Origin: Myxococcota bacterium
GTDB taxonomy: Bacteria > Myxococcota_A > SURF-8
Direction of reading: 5' to 3'
Assembly: GCA_965140415.1 (NCBI GenBank)
Contig: OZ223209.1
Span: 4,000,001 to 4,064,000 of the forward strand
Length of the DNA stretch: 64,000 bases
Both the position numbers and the translations under genes were made by a program. Within the stretch, counting starts at the first letter, position 1. Each line of letters opens with the position of its first letter. The notes beneath the pieces were generated by a model. That model had not been told where the DNA came from. It was given only the letters and a program-made list of their open reading frames with translations, and searched no databases. This document shows, piece after piece, positions 1 to 10,100 of the stretch.

Positions 1-1044
1 GCCTCATTGGCATTATTGGATTTGCCCCCCGATAACCCCTTGTGCCAAACCATGAACGAAATTGCAGGCGCAGCGGGACGAGCAGCGGAACTGACCAAGC
101 AATTACTTGCTTTCAGCCGCAAGCAGATCATCGAACCCAAAATTCTGGATTTAAACGAGTTAATTCAGAATCTGCATCGTATGCTTGCGCGCTTAATCGG
201 CGAAGACATCCAGTTGGAAACCGAATTCAGAAATTCCCCTTGTACGGTTCTGGCAGACGCAGGTCAAATCGAGCAGGTGCTGATCAATCTGGCAATCAAT
301 GCCCGTGATGCGATGCCAAAAGGAGGAACCCTCACCATTGAAACCAAGCGAATGCAAATCGACAAATCCTATTTCCAGGATCATCCGAGTCTGGAAATAG
401 GCGATTATGCCGTGCTTACGGTAACGGATACCGGCCAGGGCATGGATCTGAAAACAAAAGAACGTCTCTTCGAACCATTCTTCACGACTAAACCTCAAGG
501 ACGCGGGACCGGTCTGGGATTGGCCACGACCTATGGTATCATCAAACAACACAATGGCTTTATCGAAGCGGATTCCGAGCCGAATCAAGGTTCTGCCTTT
601 ACGTTGTATCTTCCCTACAATGAGAACAAGCCTGTTAAAAAAGAAAAATCCGACCAACCCAAAATGCCGACGGGCACAGAAACCATTCTCGTTGTCGAGG
701 ATGAATCCATTGTCCGGAAAATGGCCGTAAAAATCCTGAATCGTCAAGGCTACCATGTATTGTTTGCCTCTGAGGGAAACGAAGCCTTGCAAATCGCCAA
801 GGATTATGACAAACATATTGACTTGTTGATGACCGATGTCGTTATGCCGAATATGAATGGCCGTGAATTGTCTGAACAATTGACACAATCTCGGCCAGAA
901 TTGCGAGTGCTCTTCACTTCGGGATATACCGAAGATGTTGTAGCGCATCACGGCGTACTTGATGAAGGTGTTCACTTTGTAAACAAACCATATTCACCGG
1001 AAACCCTTGCCAGAAAGGTACGGGAAGTACTCGACAAAGTTTGA
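1..1044 (+). CDS. Hybrid sensor histidine kinase/response regulator (5' truncated by window edge)
   Basis: HATPase motifs (INLAINARDAM, DTGQGM, FEPFFTTK, GTGLGL) and C-terminal receiver (VVEDE, TDVVMP, KPY); frame open from base 1. Confidence 0.93.
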   Translation, partial: ASLALLDLPPDNPLCQTMNEIAGAAGRAAELTKQLLAFSRKQIIEPKILDLNELIQNLHRMLARLIGEDIQLETEFRNSPCTVLADAGQIEQVLINLAINARDAMPKGGTLTIETKRMQIDKSYFQDHPSLEIGDYAVLTVTDTGQGMDLKTKERLFEPFFTTKPQGRGTGLGLATTYGIIKQHNGFIEADSEPNQGSAFTLYLPYNENKPVKKEKSDQPKMPTGTETILVVEDESIVRKMAVKILNRQGYHVLFASEGNEALQIAKDYDKHIDLLMTDVVMPNMNGRELSEQLTQSRPELRVLFTSGYTEDVVAHHGVLDEGVHFVNKPYSPETLARKVREVLDKV

Positions 1045-1180
1045 GAGTTCCAATCTTTCTTCCGGAATATGGGCGACACCGCCACCGAAAATTATGCTAA
1101 CAGGTCCACACAGCAGCTTCTTCGATACCTCGTAAGATTGATGAGGTAACGAGGTTCCGATTTCATTTTAAAAAAAAGGC

Positions 1181-1208
1181 TTGACGGTGTGTATCTCCCG
1201 ACTAGAAT
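1181..1208 (+). promoter_or_regulatory. Sigma70-type promoter of the TetR gene/operon
   Basis: TTGACG-16 nt-TAGAAT about 46 nt upstream of ATG 1255. Confidence 0.6.
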
Positions 1209-1254
1209 GGCATGTCAGTCAGCCACAAAACTACAGGTTGGCAGTGAGAGAACA

Positions 1255-1914
1255 ATGGATCCACAGGAACGCAAACAAGGAATACTGGAAGCAGCAAAGC
1301 AGGTCTTTGCCGAAAAGGGTTATCATGATGCCGGAGTAGCCGACATCATTCAAAAGGCGAATATCGCTCGCGGTACGTTTTATCTCTACTTCAAGAGCAA
1401 ACATCAGGTTTTTACCGCACTGGTGGAAAACATCGTCGAGTCGATTCGTAGCATCCTGGTCCCTCCGACATTCGATCAGGAAGACGCAATTCTGCTTTGT
1501 CTAAAAGACAATTTAGAGCGCGTCAAGAACTTTTTCATGAATGATCCTGATCTGTTACGAATCTTTACAAATGAACGTACCGCATTAGATCTCGACTCTC
1601 GCGAACGACTTGGAGAGTTGCAGGTGCAACTCGTTGCGCTAATGAGTGATTTGGTCAAGCAAGCACAAAATCGCGAAATTTTGCGCCCGTTGAACCCGGA
1701 TATCGTCGCTTATGCGTTTTTCGGCTCGTTAAAAGAGCTTTTTGAAAACCAAATGATGAGCGGCTATTTGGAAGCGGAAAGCGATCAAATTACCAGCACC
1801 TTGTTGGATTTATACATGTTCGGTTTGATTACGCCCGCCTATCAAATCAAGGCGCAAACAGAACTGGACAAAGCGAAACAGCAGGAAGACGGTAAGACTC
1901 CTCAGGAGAACTAA
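1255..1914 (+). CDS. TetR/AcrR family transcriptional regulator
   Basis: N-terminal HTH ILEAAKQVFAEKGYHDAGVADIIQKANIARGTFYLYFKSK; ATG 1255 preferred as start. Confidence 0.93.
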   Translation: MDPQERKQGILEAAKQVFAEKGYHDAGVADIIQKANIARGTFYLYFKSKHQVFTALVENIVESIRSILVPPTFDQEDAILLCLKDNLERVKNFFMNDPDLLRIFTNERTALDLDSRERLGELQVQLVALMSDLVKQAQNREILRPLNPDIVAYAFFGSLKELFENQMMSGYLEAESDQITSTLLDLYMFGLITPAYQIKAQTELDKAKQQEDGKTPQEN

Positions 1915-2008
1915 CGGCACTGTCGTCTGCTAAAAAACATACTTTTCCTGCGTGTCCAACACTTTGACAAGGATGTTTGGAACACGTGAAATGATAGGAG
2001 ACATGGTT

Positions 2009-2821
2009 ATGACGCGTATCGCGACATTCTTTCAGTTAATAACGATCACGATGGTATTGCTGGCAGCAACATCTCTTTTCGCCCAACAACAAGAAAACGA
2101 AACTCCTTCAAAAAAAGAAGTGAAAACAAATACATCTGCAACACTGACTCCGCAACAGATTCTTGAAAAAACCGATTATCTAAACAGTGGCTACGACGAT
2201 CAGATTATGGACAACACGATGACAATCGTGGATGTGGACGGCTCTAAGAAATCCTATAACATGTGGGTCAAGCAGAAAGGTGCGGAGACGCGCTTCGTCC
2301 GCTTCACTTCGGGTGAAATCAAGAACATGTCCATGCTTGTGGAACCGGGCAACAAGGTACACGTTTATCTACCTGGATTCAAAAAAGTGCGCAAAGTCGC
2401 CGCCCATGCCATGAACCAATCCTTTGCCGGCTCCGACTTTTCCAACGAAGACATTTCCAGCGCTTCCTGGGGAAAAAATTACATTCCGGCAATCGAGCGT
2501 GAAGATGACACAGCCTGGTATCTGAAATGTACTCCCAAACCCGATGTAGATGTCAACTACGCCTGGGTAGTCGTTAAAGTGGACAAGAAAAATTTCCACC
2601 AGTTGGGAGTGGATTATTTCAATGACAAGGGCGAACGGGTCAAGTATCAGACCTGTGAGCAGCTTACGACCTTCCCCGGTGGCGCAGTGCGAAACAAAAT
2701 TGTCACGATGGGTGATCCTCGCACCGGTCACAAAACGATCTTGACCGTCAATGATTTGAAGGTCAACCAAGGTCTGAGCGATTCCATTTTCAGCGTACGC
2801 CAGTTACGCTGGGGACGGTAA
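2009..2821 (+). CDS. Outer-membrane lipoprotein-sorting (LolA-like) periplasmic protein
   Basis: Signal peptide, motifs YLPGFKKVRKVA, SFAGSDFSNEDI, C-terminal GLSDSIFSVRQL; AGGAG RBS 8 nt upstream. Confidence 0.82.
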   Translation: MTRIATFFQLITITMVLLAATSLFAQQQENETPSKKEVKTNTSATLTPQQILEKTDYLNSGYDDQIMDNTMTIVDVDGSKKSYNMWVKQKGAETRFVRFTSGEIKNMSMLVEPGNKVHVYLPGFKKVRKVAAHAMNQSFAGSDFSNEDISSASWGKNYIPAIEREDDTAWYLKCTPKPDVDVNYAWVVVKVDKKNFHQLGVDYFNDKGERVKYQTCEQLTTFPGGAVRNKIVTMGDPRTGHKTILTVNDLKVNQGLSDSIFSVRQLRWGR

Positions 2822-2979
2822 TTCGTCAACGCCGTTGTGCGGGGCAACGGTAAACATGATCCGGTAATGGAAAAAAGTAAAGGAAATCAAGTACCCGAGC
2901 GGTCGGGAGGGTTGGGGTTTGTCAATCTCTCCCAGTCGCAGAGGCTTTTTTATTATCAACCCTTTAGACAGATGGTACC

Positions 2980-4551
2980 ATGAAAACACACACTCTACGG
3001 ATTTTAGCTCTCTCCCTGTTTCTGCTGGCATGCCACCCCCTCGCGGTTCATGCAGCGGATTGGACGGAAATGATCGATTTCTCCGGCTTTCTGGAGAGCG
3101 ATCTTCGCTTTATCATTGAAGATACACGCGGACTTAAAGAAGGAGATGGATACGAATTCCAATCCAACCGCAACGATCTCAATTTCCGCTTGAGCATCTA
3201 CCCGACGGATCGAGTCAAAGTGGTAATCGATTCCCGCTTCCGCTTCTATGGTTTCAGCGAATCCGAATACCTGACCGATCTGAATATTCGGGACAAGACC
3301 GACCCGTGGAGCCTGCACCTGGACGAAGCCTACGTCAGCATCCAAGGCGTACTCTGGGAGAATTTGGATGTCAAAATCGGACGTATGGCGTTGACTTGGG
3401 GAACAGCCGATCAGTTCAACCCAACCGACAATATCAACGCGCGCGACTTCACAGACCCACTGGACTACACCACCAAAGTCCCCAATGAAATGGTGGAAAT
3501 CAATATGTATCCCACCGATTGGCTTACACTGAGCGTCGTATGGGTTCCGATATTCAAACACTCACTGCTGCCCTCTTCCGCCAATCTGGGCTTTGCCGTC
3601 GATTACGATGATGATGGCAATATGTATGCCATCCCGGCGCTACCCATCGACGACACAGGCAAGCAGCAATTGGCCGCTCTGGGTGAACTGCTTGGTCCGC
3701 CCAGCACCGATGGAACCATGGATACCAGCAATTTACATTTCGAGGATATCCTGATCAATTTACGCCAGCCTTCAAGGAAAATCGAAAACTCCCAAGTTGC
3801 AGCCAAAGCGCAATTCAGTGTGTGGGATCTCGACTTCTCTTTCAGCTACTACTATGGCCGGTTCTCGTATCCCGTTCCGGTCAGTGCGGCGGCTGTCGTC
3901 GATTCCCCGACACCGGATTTCCAGAAATTCAACATCGGCATTCTGGTCGATGTTTTATATCCGCGCATGCACGTCGCAGGTTTCGACTTCAGCTATTCCG
4001 CGTCATGGCTGTTCGACATCGGTATTTTCGGCGAAATGGCAGTCATTTTCCCGGAGCAGGTCAATTTCGGTCTGCGCGCCTATCTCGACGGAGAACAGGT
4101 CAGCGCCGACATTCATAATGTCAATGTACCTGATGAACCTTTCATCAAGGCGACAGTCGGATGGGACTACACCTTCACCAGTTGGCTGTATGTCAACACC
4201 CAATACGTACGCGGCTTCTTCGATGAATTCAACGACATGTACGGTATTCACAATTATTGGGTAATGGCGCTGGAATTCAAATTTTTGGATGATGAGTTAC
4301 AGTTCCGCATCGCCAACGTACTCAACTGTGACGATCTCTCCGATAACTTCTTCCCGCAGCTGACCTGGATCATCGTTCCATCGGTGCAGGTCATTGCCGG
4401 AGCTTTTGTTTACTTCGGCAAAAACGATCGCACGGACCCGGATAATCCCGCAGGACTGGATAATCTGGCTGACTACGCGGATAAAGAAAAGTTCGGATGG
4501 CGTGCCACTGGCCGTAGCATTGCATTCGTCAAAGTCAAGGTCAACTGGTAG
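2980..4551 (+). CDS. Outer-membrane beta-barrel protein (DUF1302-like)
   Basis: Signal peptide, LDEAYV, KIGRMALTWGTADQFNPTDNIN, alternating strands, terminal W; next to LolA-like and MMPL genes. Confidence 0.72.
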   Translation: MKTHTLRILALSLFLLACHPLAVHAADWTEMIDFSGFLESDLRFIIEDTRGLKEGDGYEFQSNRNDLNFRLSIYPTDRVKVVIDSRFRFYGFSESEYLTDLNIRDKTDPWSLHLDEAYVSIQGVLWENLDVKIGRMALTWGTADQFNPTDNINARDFTDPLDYTTKVPNEMVEINMYPTDWLTLSVVWVPIFKHSLLPSSANLGFAVDYDDDGNMYAIPALPIDDTGKQQLAALGELLGPPSTDGTMDTSNLHFEDILINLRQPSRKIENSQVAAKAQFSVWDLDFSFSYYYGRFSYPVPVSAAAVVDSPTPDFQKFNIGILVDVLYPRMHVAGFDFSYSASWLFDIGIFGEMAVIFPEQVNFGLRAYLDGEQVSADIHNVNVPDEPFIKATVGWDYTFTSWLYVNTQYVRGFFDEFNDMYGIHNYWVMALEFKFLDDELQFRIANVLNCDDLSDNFFPQLTWIIVPSVQVIAGAFVYFGKNDRTDPDNPAGLDNLADYADKEKFGWRATGRSIAFVKVKVNW

Positions 4552-4565
4552 GCAAGGAGAGAAAC

Positions 4566-5894
4566 ATGTATAAACTTAAAACAATCATTCCCGTATTTCT
4601 TTTCGTTCTCTCCCTGCTTTCTCTTTCCGGCTGCTGGGAGACCGATGGACTGGACTTGCTGGACGAAATGTATCCCCCGGATGGCGATGCCGATCTCGAT
4701 GCCGAGTTGCAGGAAATCGATTTGGGTGAAGTAAGTGGAGAAGGCCTTCCCGGGCGCTGGGCCATGAAAATGACTCTGCACGGCACAATCAAACCGCTTT
4801 CAACTGATCTGGATCTGTCATTGACGAATTACTTCATCGCCGACATCAACGAAGACGGTTCGCTGATGCGCCTGACCTTCTGCCAGCAAGACTCGGATAT
4901 CAACGCTGAATTCGCGAAATCGGAACTGTTGGACGAAACCGCAGAGAAACTCCGCGAAACCTTGATCGATGTCCCTCTGGAAGGAGCAGGAGACAAACTT
5001 CCCGCCAACACCGTTGGCTGGACCTGGGGAGTTCAGATGGAAGATCCGATCAACGACAGCTTCCCCACTGAAAAAGATGACAGCCGTATCTTCGATCAGG
5101 ATGAGGACGGCAATCCTGGAGTTTCCGTGCATATCGTCTTGGGTGATGCGACCCGCTACATGGCTCGCCGTTCCGTATGGAATCTGTCGGATGGCGTGTT
5201 GACGGCGGATAAGGACGGCCAGAAGGACCAGTGGATTCTCGGTACAATCGATACTTTCCAGATCGATGAAAAGGCGGTAGGTGCCAGCGATCCGATGTAT
5301 GAAGCGACCGCACCGATCAACCCGGTACTGGAAAACAATCTGTATATCATGAAGCGTGTGCCTGGCGGCGCCATGCCCAATGCAACAGATGGTGACATAA
5401 CTGACGGCGATGTGGTTGACGGCGATAACGCTCCCGATGGCGACACAACTGACGGTGATGTGACCGATGGCGATACCGCTCCCGATGGCGACATCACTGA
5501 CGGTGATGTGGCCGATGGTGATACCGCTCCCGATGGCGACACAACTGACGGCGATGTAGTTGATGGCGATACCACTCCCGACGGCGACACAACTGACGGT
5601 GATGTCGTTGATGGCGATATCACTCCCGATGGCGACACAACTGACGGTGATGTCGTTGATGGCGACACCGCTCCCGACGGCGACACAACTGACGGTGATT
5701 TAGTCGATGGCGATACGATTCCTGACGGAGACATCACAGATGGAGATGTTACTTCAGATGGCGTCATGGAGTCTGTTGAAGCACAAGAAAGCGACACCAC
5801 AAAACGAGCACGAATTCTGGATGATACGGGCTACACCTGTGAAGATCTGCTGCGAGACCGAGCTTCACTTTTCGTAGATGTACCAACCGATTAG
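4566..5894 (+). CDS. Lipoprotein with long Asp-Gly-Asp repeat tract
   Basis: Lipobox LSGC, DQDEDGNPG motif, C-terminal 16-aa DGD tandem repeats. Confidence 0.85.
   Translation: MYKLKTIIPVFLFVLSLLSLSGCWETDGLDLLDEMYPPDGDADLDAELQEIDLGEVSGEGLPGRWAMKMTLHGTIKPLSTDLDLSLTNYFIADINEDGSLMRLTFCQQDSDINAEFAKSELLDETAEKLRETLIDVPLEGAGDKLPANTVGWTWGVQMEDPINDSFPTEKDDSRIFDQDEDGNPGVSVHIVLGDATRYMARRSVWNLSDGVLTADKDGQKDQWILGTIDTFQIDEKAVGASDPMYEATAPINPVLENNLYIMKRVPGGAMPNATDGDITDGDVVDGDNAPDGDTTDGDVTDGDTAPDGDITDGDVADGDTAPDGDTTDGDVVDGDTTPDGDTTDGDVVDGDITPDGDTTDGDVVDGDTAPDGDTTDGDLVDGDTIPDGDITDGDVTSDGVMESVEAQESDTTKRARILDDTGYTCEDLLRDRASLFVDVPTD
5385..5762 (+). repeat. 48-bp (16-aa) tandem repeat PDGDTTDGDVVDGDTA, about 7.5 copies
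   Basis: Visible in DNA (cccgatggcgacacaactgacggtgat...) and in the protein. Confidence 0.95.
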
Positions 5895-5946
5895 GATATT
5901 CGGACGGCATTCGTAGGATTCGATCAAATTAAGGAGTAACATCGTT

Positions 5947-8586
5947 ATGGGCATCTGGGAATCAATTACCCGTTGGACACGTACACACCGCATCATCAGC
6001 ATTACCTTGGCTGTCTTGATCACTGCGATTTGCATTTCCATTGCACCGTCGATCGATTTTTCCGCGGATGCCACCCAGTATCTGCCTCAAGACAATGAGA
6101 ACGTTGCGTTCTGGTTGGAAAAAACCAACAACTACGGCGGATTCGACATTCTCATGATCGGTCTTGAGGAACCGGGGAAACCCTTGCAATCCGATAGCCT
6201 TATGCGTCTGGCGCGCATCAGCGACCGCTTGACCCAGGCCAAAGCGGAAGGCATCTTGTGGGTGCGCAGTCTGGCAAATATTCCAACGGTTCATGAAGCA
6301 CCAAACGGCACATTGAACAACGAAATGCTGGTCAACGCCATCCCGCGTACGCCCAAGGCTCGCGAGGATCTGGCCAAGCGCATCCTGCGCGACACACAAG
6401 CCCCCGGCTCGCTGGTCAGCCTCGATCTGAAGGGCTATGTCATCATGTTGCGTGCCGATAAACGCAAGGACATGCGTAAAACGGCCCGTTTCGTACAGAA
6501 TCTGGTGGAAGAAGAACGTGGCGATATGAAAGCCTATTTTTTCGGTGCGCCCTTCGTCGCCATTCAAATCACCAACAAGATTTACCGTATGCTTCCCTGG
6601 ATGATCCCGCTGTTTTTACTCGGTTTGTTCATTGTGCTGCGGATGCGGGTTCGCCACATACGTACAAGCGCCATCATTATCGGCAGTACCGGCGTGGCGA
6701 TTCTGTGGTGGTTCGGTCTGCTTACGATATTCGGTATCGAATTGAGCTCTACCGGTCTAAACGGTGTCTTCAGTGTGCTTGTCGCCGGTTCGATCCTCTT
6801 CGGTAGCGGGGCGGAACTGTGGTTGCGGAGAGATCCCAAAGACACGCCACCGTCGCCCTTCCCTGTCCGGCTTGGACTGCTCGCCCTGCTTGGTGCAGTT
6901 GCCTTTGGTCTGTTATCACAACTGACCGGCTCTTTCCTGACAGACTTTGCCTTAGCCAGTGCTTTCGGTCTGGTAGCGGTTCTCCTTGTTGGCCTGTTGC
7001 TTTTCCCGGCATTAATTGGAATGCTTGCTCCCGCACCCCGATTTTCGCAATCAGGTTCTGCAAACACCGGTATGTTTAGCGGAAAAGCTCGGGGCATCCT
7101 GATCGCAGTACTCTTAATCGTCGGTTTTGTCGGTGCGCCTAATATGCGCTTTTTCATCAATCTGCAAGATATGTTCAGCAGTCGGGATGAAATCGGCGCA
7201 GCGGTGGATTTCTTCGAGCGCAAACTCGGTGGAGCGGACTTCCTTCAAATCAATATCAAAGCGGATCTGCGAGATCCGGAAACCATGCGTCGCATCATGT
7301 GCTTAAGTGACCTGCTGGAAGGCAACGGGCATTTTGCGGACATTCGTTCGATCTCCCAGATTGTTGGATTCCTTGCGGAAAACTTCGGTGGCATTCATCG
7401 TATTCCGGATGAACGCGATGCCCTGGACAATCTGTGGTTCTTCCTTGAAGGGAATGAAGACATCCGATCTTTCGTACTGGATGATCGCTCTGAAACCATG
7501 ATTGTAGCCCGCATTCCGGGCGATCCTGCTCGCCAGATCGATTGGGCGGCAGAAGCTCAAAAAACCATCGATTTAAGCAAAGCCAAAGGAATCGAAGCCG
7601 CGCGCCTACGCCTACAAGCACTGGTCTCTCGCTATAAACTGGCCATTGACTCCAACAAAATCAATGCGATTCTAGCTGCTGTCAACGGCAAGCCTTCCAC
7701 ATCCTTGGATGAAAGGGAATCAGCCTCCTTACTGGAAGAGTTGCATACCTTCCTTTTATCGGATCAGGCTCCTTTCGCTCTAGCCGAAAGCGACTGGGAA
7801 ACAATCAAACCACTGTTAACCAGCGACGATTCCACAATTGAAAAGCAATTGCCACAAGCCATTTCCGGCCTGCAAAGTTACATCGAAATGGAGTATCCCC
7901 CGGAAGTGGCTAAGGAGCTAAGCGACACTCTGATCGTTCGTAAAGCACAAATCATTCAACGCGTCATCTCCGAACGACTGGTTGCGGAACTGACTAAGGG
8001 ATTGGATGCGAATACGATTCCAGGAGCCTTTCTACAACGCGCCCAAGGCGTCATGGCCGACTACCTAGCCCCGATTGCGAGCAACAATCCAGAAATCGAA
8101 TTCCGTATTACCGGTTTCCCAGCCCTGGCTGGTCCTGTTGAAGAACAGATGCTGAATGCACTGTACATACAATTGTTCGGGTTGAGTCTATTACTGGCGC
8201 TGGTCACACTGATTGCGCTGCGAAGCATCCGCCCCGCTCTTGTCATTCTGCTTGCTTGCAGCTTGGCTTCCCTGCTGGCGCTTGCTTTCGGGTGGCTGTT
8301 CAGCATTCATTCCGATTCGGCTTCCAGTACACTCTACATCCTGGCTCCGCTGGCAACCTTCCTGCTCTCGTTTAGATTGCTGGTTCCGTGGGACGATGAA
8401 AGCGGCACGGTGCGCATTATCCCCACTGCGTTTGCCATCGCTTTCGCTTTGGGAGCGCTTTCCCTGCTCGTTACCGGCGTTCCTCCTGTGATGCGACTGG
8501 GAGCGGTCATGTCGGATAGTCTGGTTGTCGCCACACTGGTCAGCAGTTTGGCGATTCGTTTCAACAATGGAAATTCAAACGGCTAA
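5947..8586 (+). CDS. MMPL/RND-family membrane transporter
   Basis: N-terminal TM, periplasmic domain, TM bundle, second periplasmic domain and TM bundle; context with LolA-like and barrel genes. Confidence 0.78.
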   Translation: MGIWESITRWTRTHRIISITLAVLITAICISIAPSIDFSADATQYLPQDNENVAFWLEKTNNYGGFDILMIGLEEPGKPLQSDSLMRLARISDRLTQAKAEGILWVRSLANIPTVHEAPNGTLNNEMLVNAIPRTPKAREDLAKRILRDTQAPGSLVSLDLKGYVIMLRADKRKDMRKTARFVQNLVEEERGDMKAYFFGAPFVAIQITNKIYRMLPWMIPLFLLGLFIVLRMRVRHIRTSAIIIGSTGVAILWWFGLLTIFGIELSSTGLNGVFSVLVAGSILFGSGAELWLRRDPKDTPPSPFPVRLGLLALLGAVAFGLLSQLTGSFLTDFALASAFGLVAVLLVGLLLFPALIGMLAPAPRFSQSGSANTGMFSGKARGILIAVLLIVGFVGAPNMRFFINLQDMFSSRDEIGAAVDFFERKLGGADFLQINIKADLRDPETMRRIMCLSDLLEGNGHFADIRSISQIVGFLAENFGGIHRIPDERDALDNLWFFLEGNEDIRSFVLDDRSETMIVARIPGDPARQIDWAAEAQKTIDLSKAKGIEAARLRLQALVSRYKLAIDSNKINAILAAVNGKPSTSLDERESASLLEELHTFLLSDQAPFALAESDWETIKPLLTSDDSTIEKQLPQAISGLQSYIEMEYPPEVAKELSDTLIVRKAQIIQRVISERLVAELTKGLDANTIPGAFLQRAQGVMADYLAPIASNNPEIEFRITGFPALAGPVEEQMLNALYIQLFGLSLLLALVTLIALRSIRPALVILLACSLASLLALAFGWLFSIHSDSASSTLYILAPLATFLLSFRLLVPWDDESGTVRIIPTAFAIAFALGALSLLVTGVPPVMRLGAVMSDSLVVATLVSSLAIRFNNGNSNG

Positions 8587-8649
8587 TCCGTCATCTTCCA
8601 TACGGCTTTCCGTTTACAACGCTAAAACCTCATGCTACGGTCATAATCA

Positions 8650-9564
8650 GTGATGGCCGTAGCATGGGAGCAAATATTGACCCGAATAAGCAAACATGAC
8701 GAGCGCCGTGTACGAATCGCGTTCGGTGCGCTTGAAATCAACGACCGCGAGTTTTTCGCGTTGCTGGATGATGCCAAACCCGCTCAACGCGGCTTGGTCC
8801 GCCATTCGCAAGCTCCAATATTGATCAAACTCTACAACCAATTCGGGTTACATGTCACTCTCGGCGATTTTGCCCTGGACTCAAACCGGGGATTGATGTC
8901 TACACGTCCCCTCGCCTCACCACAAGACCGCATTGTCTTCTATGCTGCTAAACAGGCCGAGCATGCCGCTTACCTGAAAGATTTGGAAAGACGAACGCTC
9001 GACGAGAAACCATCTTTTACGGAAAACACTGAAAAGCTTGGACTCGCACTGGGTTATCCGGCCTGTTGCATCCGCTTTTTTTTACAGCATCACCACCTGA
9101 CTACACCGGAATTCCACTTTGCCGTCATCAAGCAAACCAATGGAAGCGCCGTCGCAGAACTGAACCCATTCGAGCCGAAACGTCTGATCAGCCACGAACC
9201 ATGCTCGCTTAATTGCAAGGAATCCATACAAATCGCCAAACAGATCAATCTAGCCCAACCTCAGCCGCTGTCCCGTGAAGAACTATGTGGTAGTTATATA
9301 AGTTTTTCCAGCGGGGCCTGGGTCAAACTGGAAACCACAGGTGATCGGCGACGTATCGTTCGTTATCGCTGTCTGAATAGCTCGGAAGGCTCCTATCCCG
9401 GCACAAATTCCAACAATGTGCCACCCCAAGCCTTATGGCAGCTTTTACAACAGCACGGAACTTTGCATCTTGGCGAAAACAAATTGACCGTCAGTCACAA
9501 CGGCCAACATCCGATTGCTTTGAAAGGTCGTAACAAGCAGTGGCAATGGGTGGAGTTCGTTTAG
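8650..9564 (+). CDS. DUF483-like hypothetical protein
   Basis: Motifs LGLALGYPACCIRFF and HEPCSLNC. Confidence 0.6.
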   Translation: MMAVAWEQILTRISKHDERRVRIAFGALEINDREFFALLDDAKPAQRGLVRHSQAPILIKLYNQFGLHVTLGDFALDSNRGLMSTRPLASPQDRIVFYAAKQAEHAAYLKDLERRTLDEKPSFTENTEKLGLALGYPACCIRFFLQHHHLTTPEFHFAVIKQTNGSAVAELNPFEPKRLISHEPCSLNCKESIQIAKQINLAQPQPLSREELCGSYISFSSGAWVKLETTGDRRRIVRYRCLNSSEGSYPGTNSNNVPPQALWQLLQQHGTLHLGENKLTVSHNGQHPIALKGRNKQWQWVEFV

Positions 9565-9619
9565 AATAAACCTGAGACTACCAACAAACACGAAAAGGAT
9601 GTCAACATCCATAAACGAC

Positions 9620-9645
9620 ATACGCGCGGCAAATGCCGCGCGTAT
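9620..9645. terminator. Perfect 11-bp stem-loop, probable terminator
   Basis: ATACGCGCGGC-AAAT-GCCGCGCGTAT, 55 nt after the DUF483-like stop. Confidence 0.6.
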
Positions 9646-9654
9646 ATTCAGCTT

Positions 9655-9980
9655 TAAAAAAAGCGGGTCAGGTCGTTGGCTGGTTACTCCCGTTCATGCC
9701 ACACGCAAAACAGATCCAAACAAATAATACCCCTGTCTCTAACTACCCCGTGTAGCGGCCTCCCCGCAAGGCAATGATGGCATCTCTTCTCTGTAGCCAT
9801 CCATGAACCGGTTTGCCCGGTCCGCGTTTGAACTCCCCTCCTCACCCCTATGAGGATAACACTCATTCGATCACTCGAATCAGGCCGGAAGCAACGCGAA
9901 AGAACCTGGATTCCAAAATAACAAAAAACAACGGGAACCTAACCCAAAACCTCTATTCTCACTCAATCTCCCTTGCGCCT
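9655..9980 (-). ncRNA. Candidate structured non-coding RNA (unknown family)
   Basis: 5' and 3' ends pair (G-U pairs work only on the minus strand), internal short hairpins with GGG(G) loops, U7 tail, sigma54-like promoter; no convincing ORF. Confidence 0.5.
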
Positions 9981-9989
9981 AATAACACT

Positions 9990-10006
9990 TGCAAAGTTCA
10001 TTCCAA
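9990..10006 (-). promoter_or_regulatory. Sigma54 (-24/-12)-like promoter
   Basis: Minus strand TTGGAATGAACTTTGCA: GG-N10-GC with TTGC at -12. Confidence 0.55.
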
Positions 10007-10100
10007 TTCGAAAACTACTACACACTGATATCTATCAGCATGATATTACTAAAATTATCAATCAATACCCTTGTAGTAAATCCGTTGAGCGTCAATCTAG

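Noticed and set aside
9684-9866. Small minus-strand ORF with CxxC...CxxxxC
   Set aside because: No usable RBS at either ATG; region better explained by RNA structure (kept as an alternative in the finding)
9900-9960. AAC-rich stretch as a DGR template repeat for the CLec-fold genes
   Set aside because: No similarity to the 3' ends of 15182-16246 or 29896-31185, and no reverse transcriptase in the window
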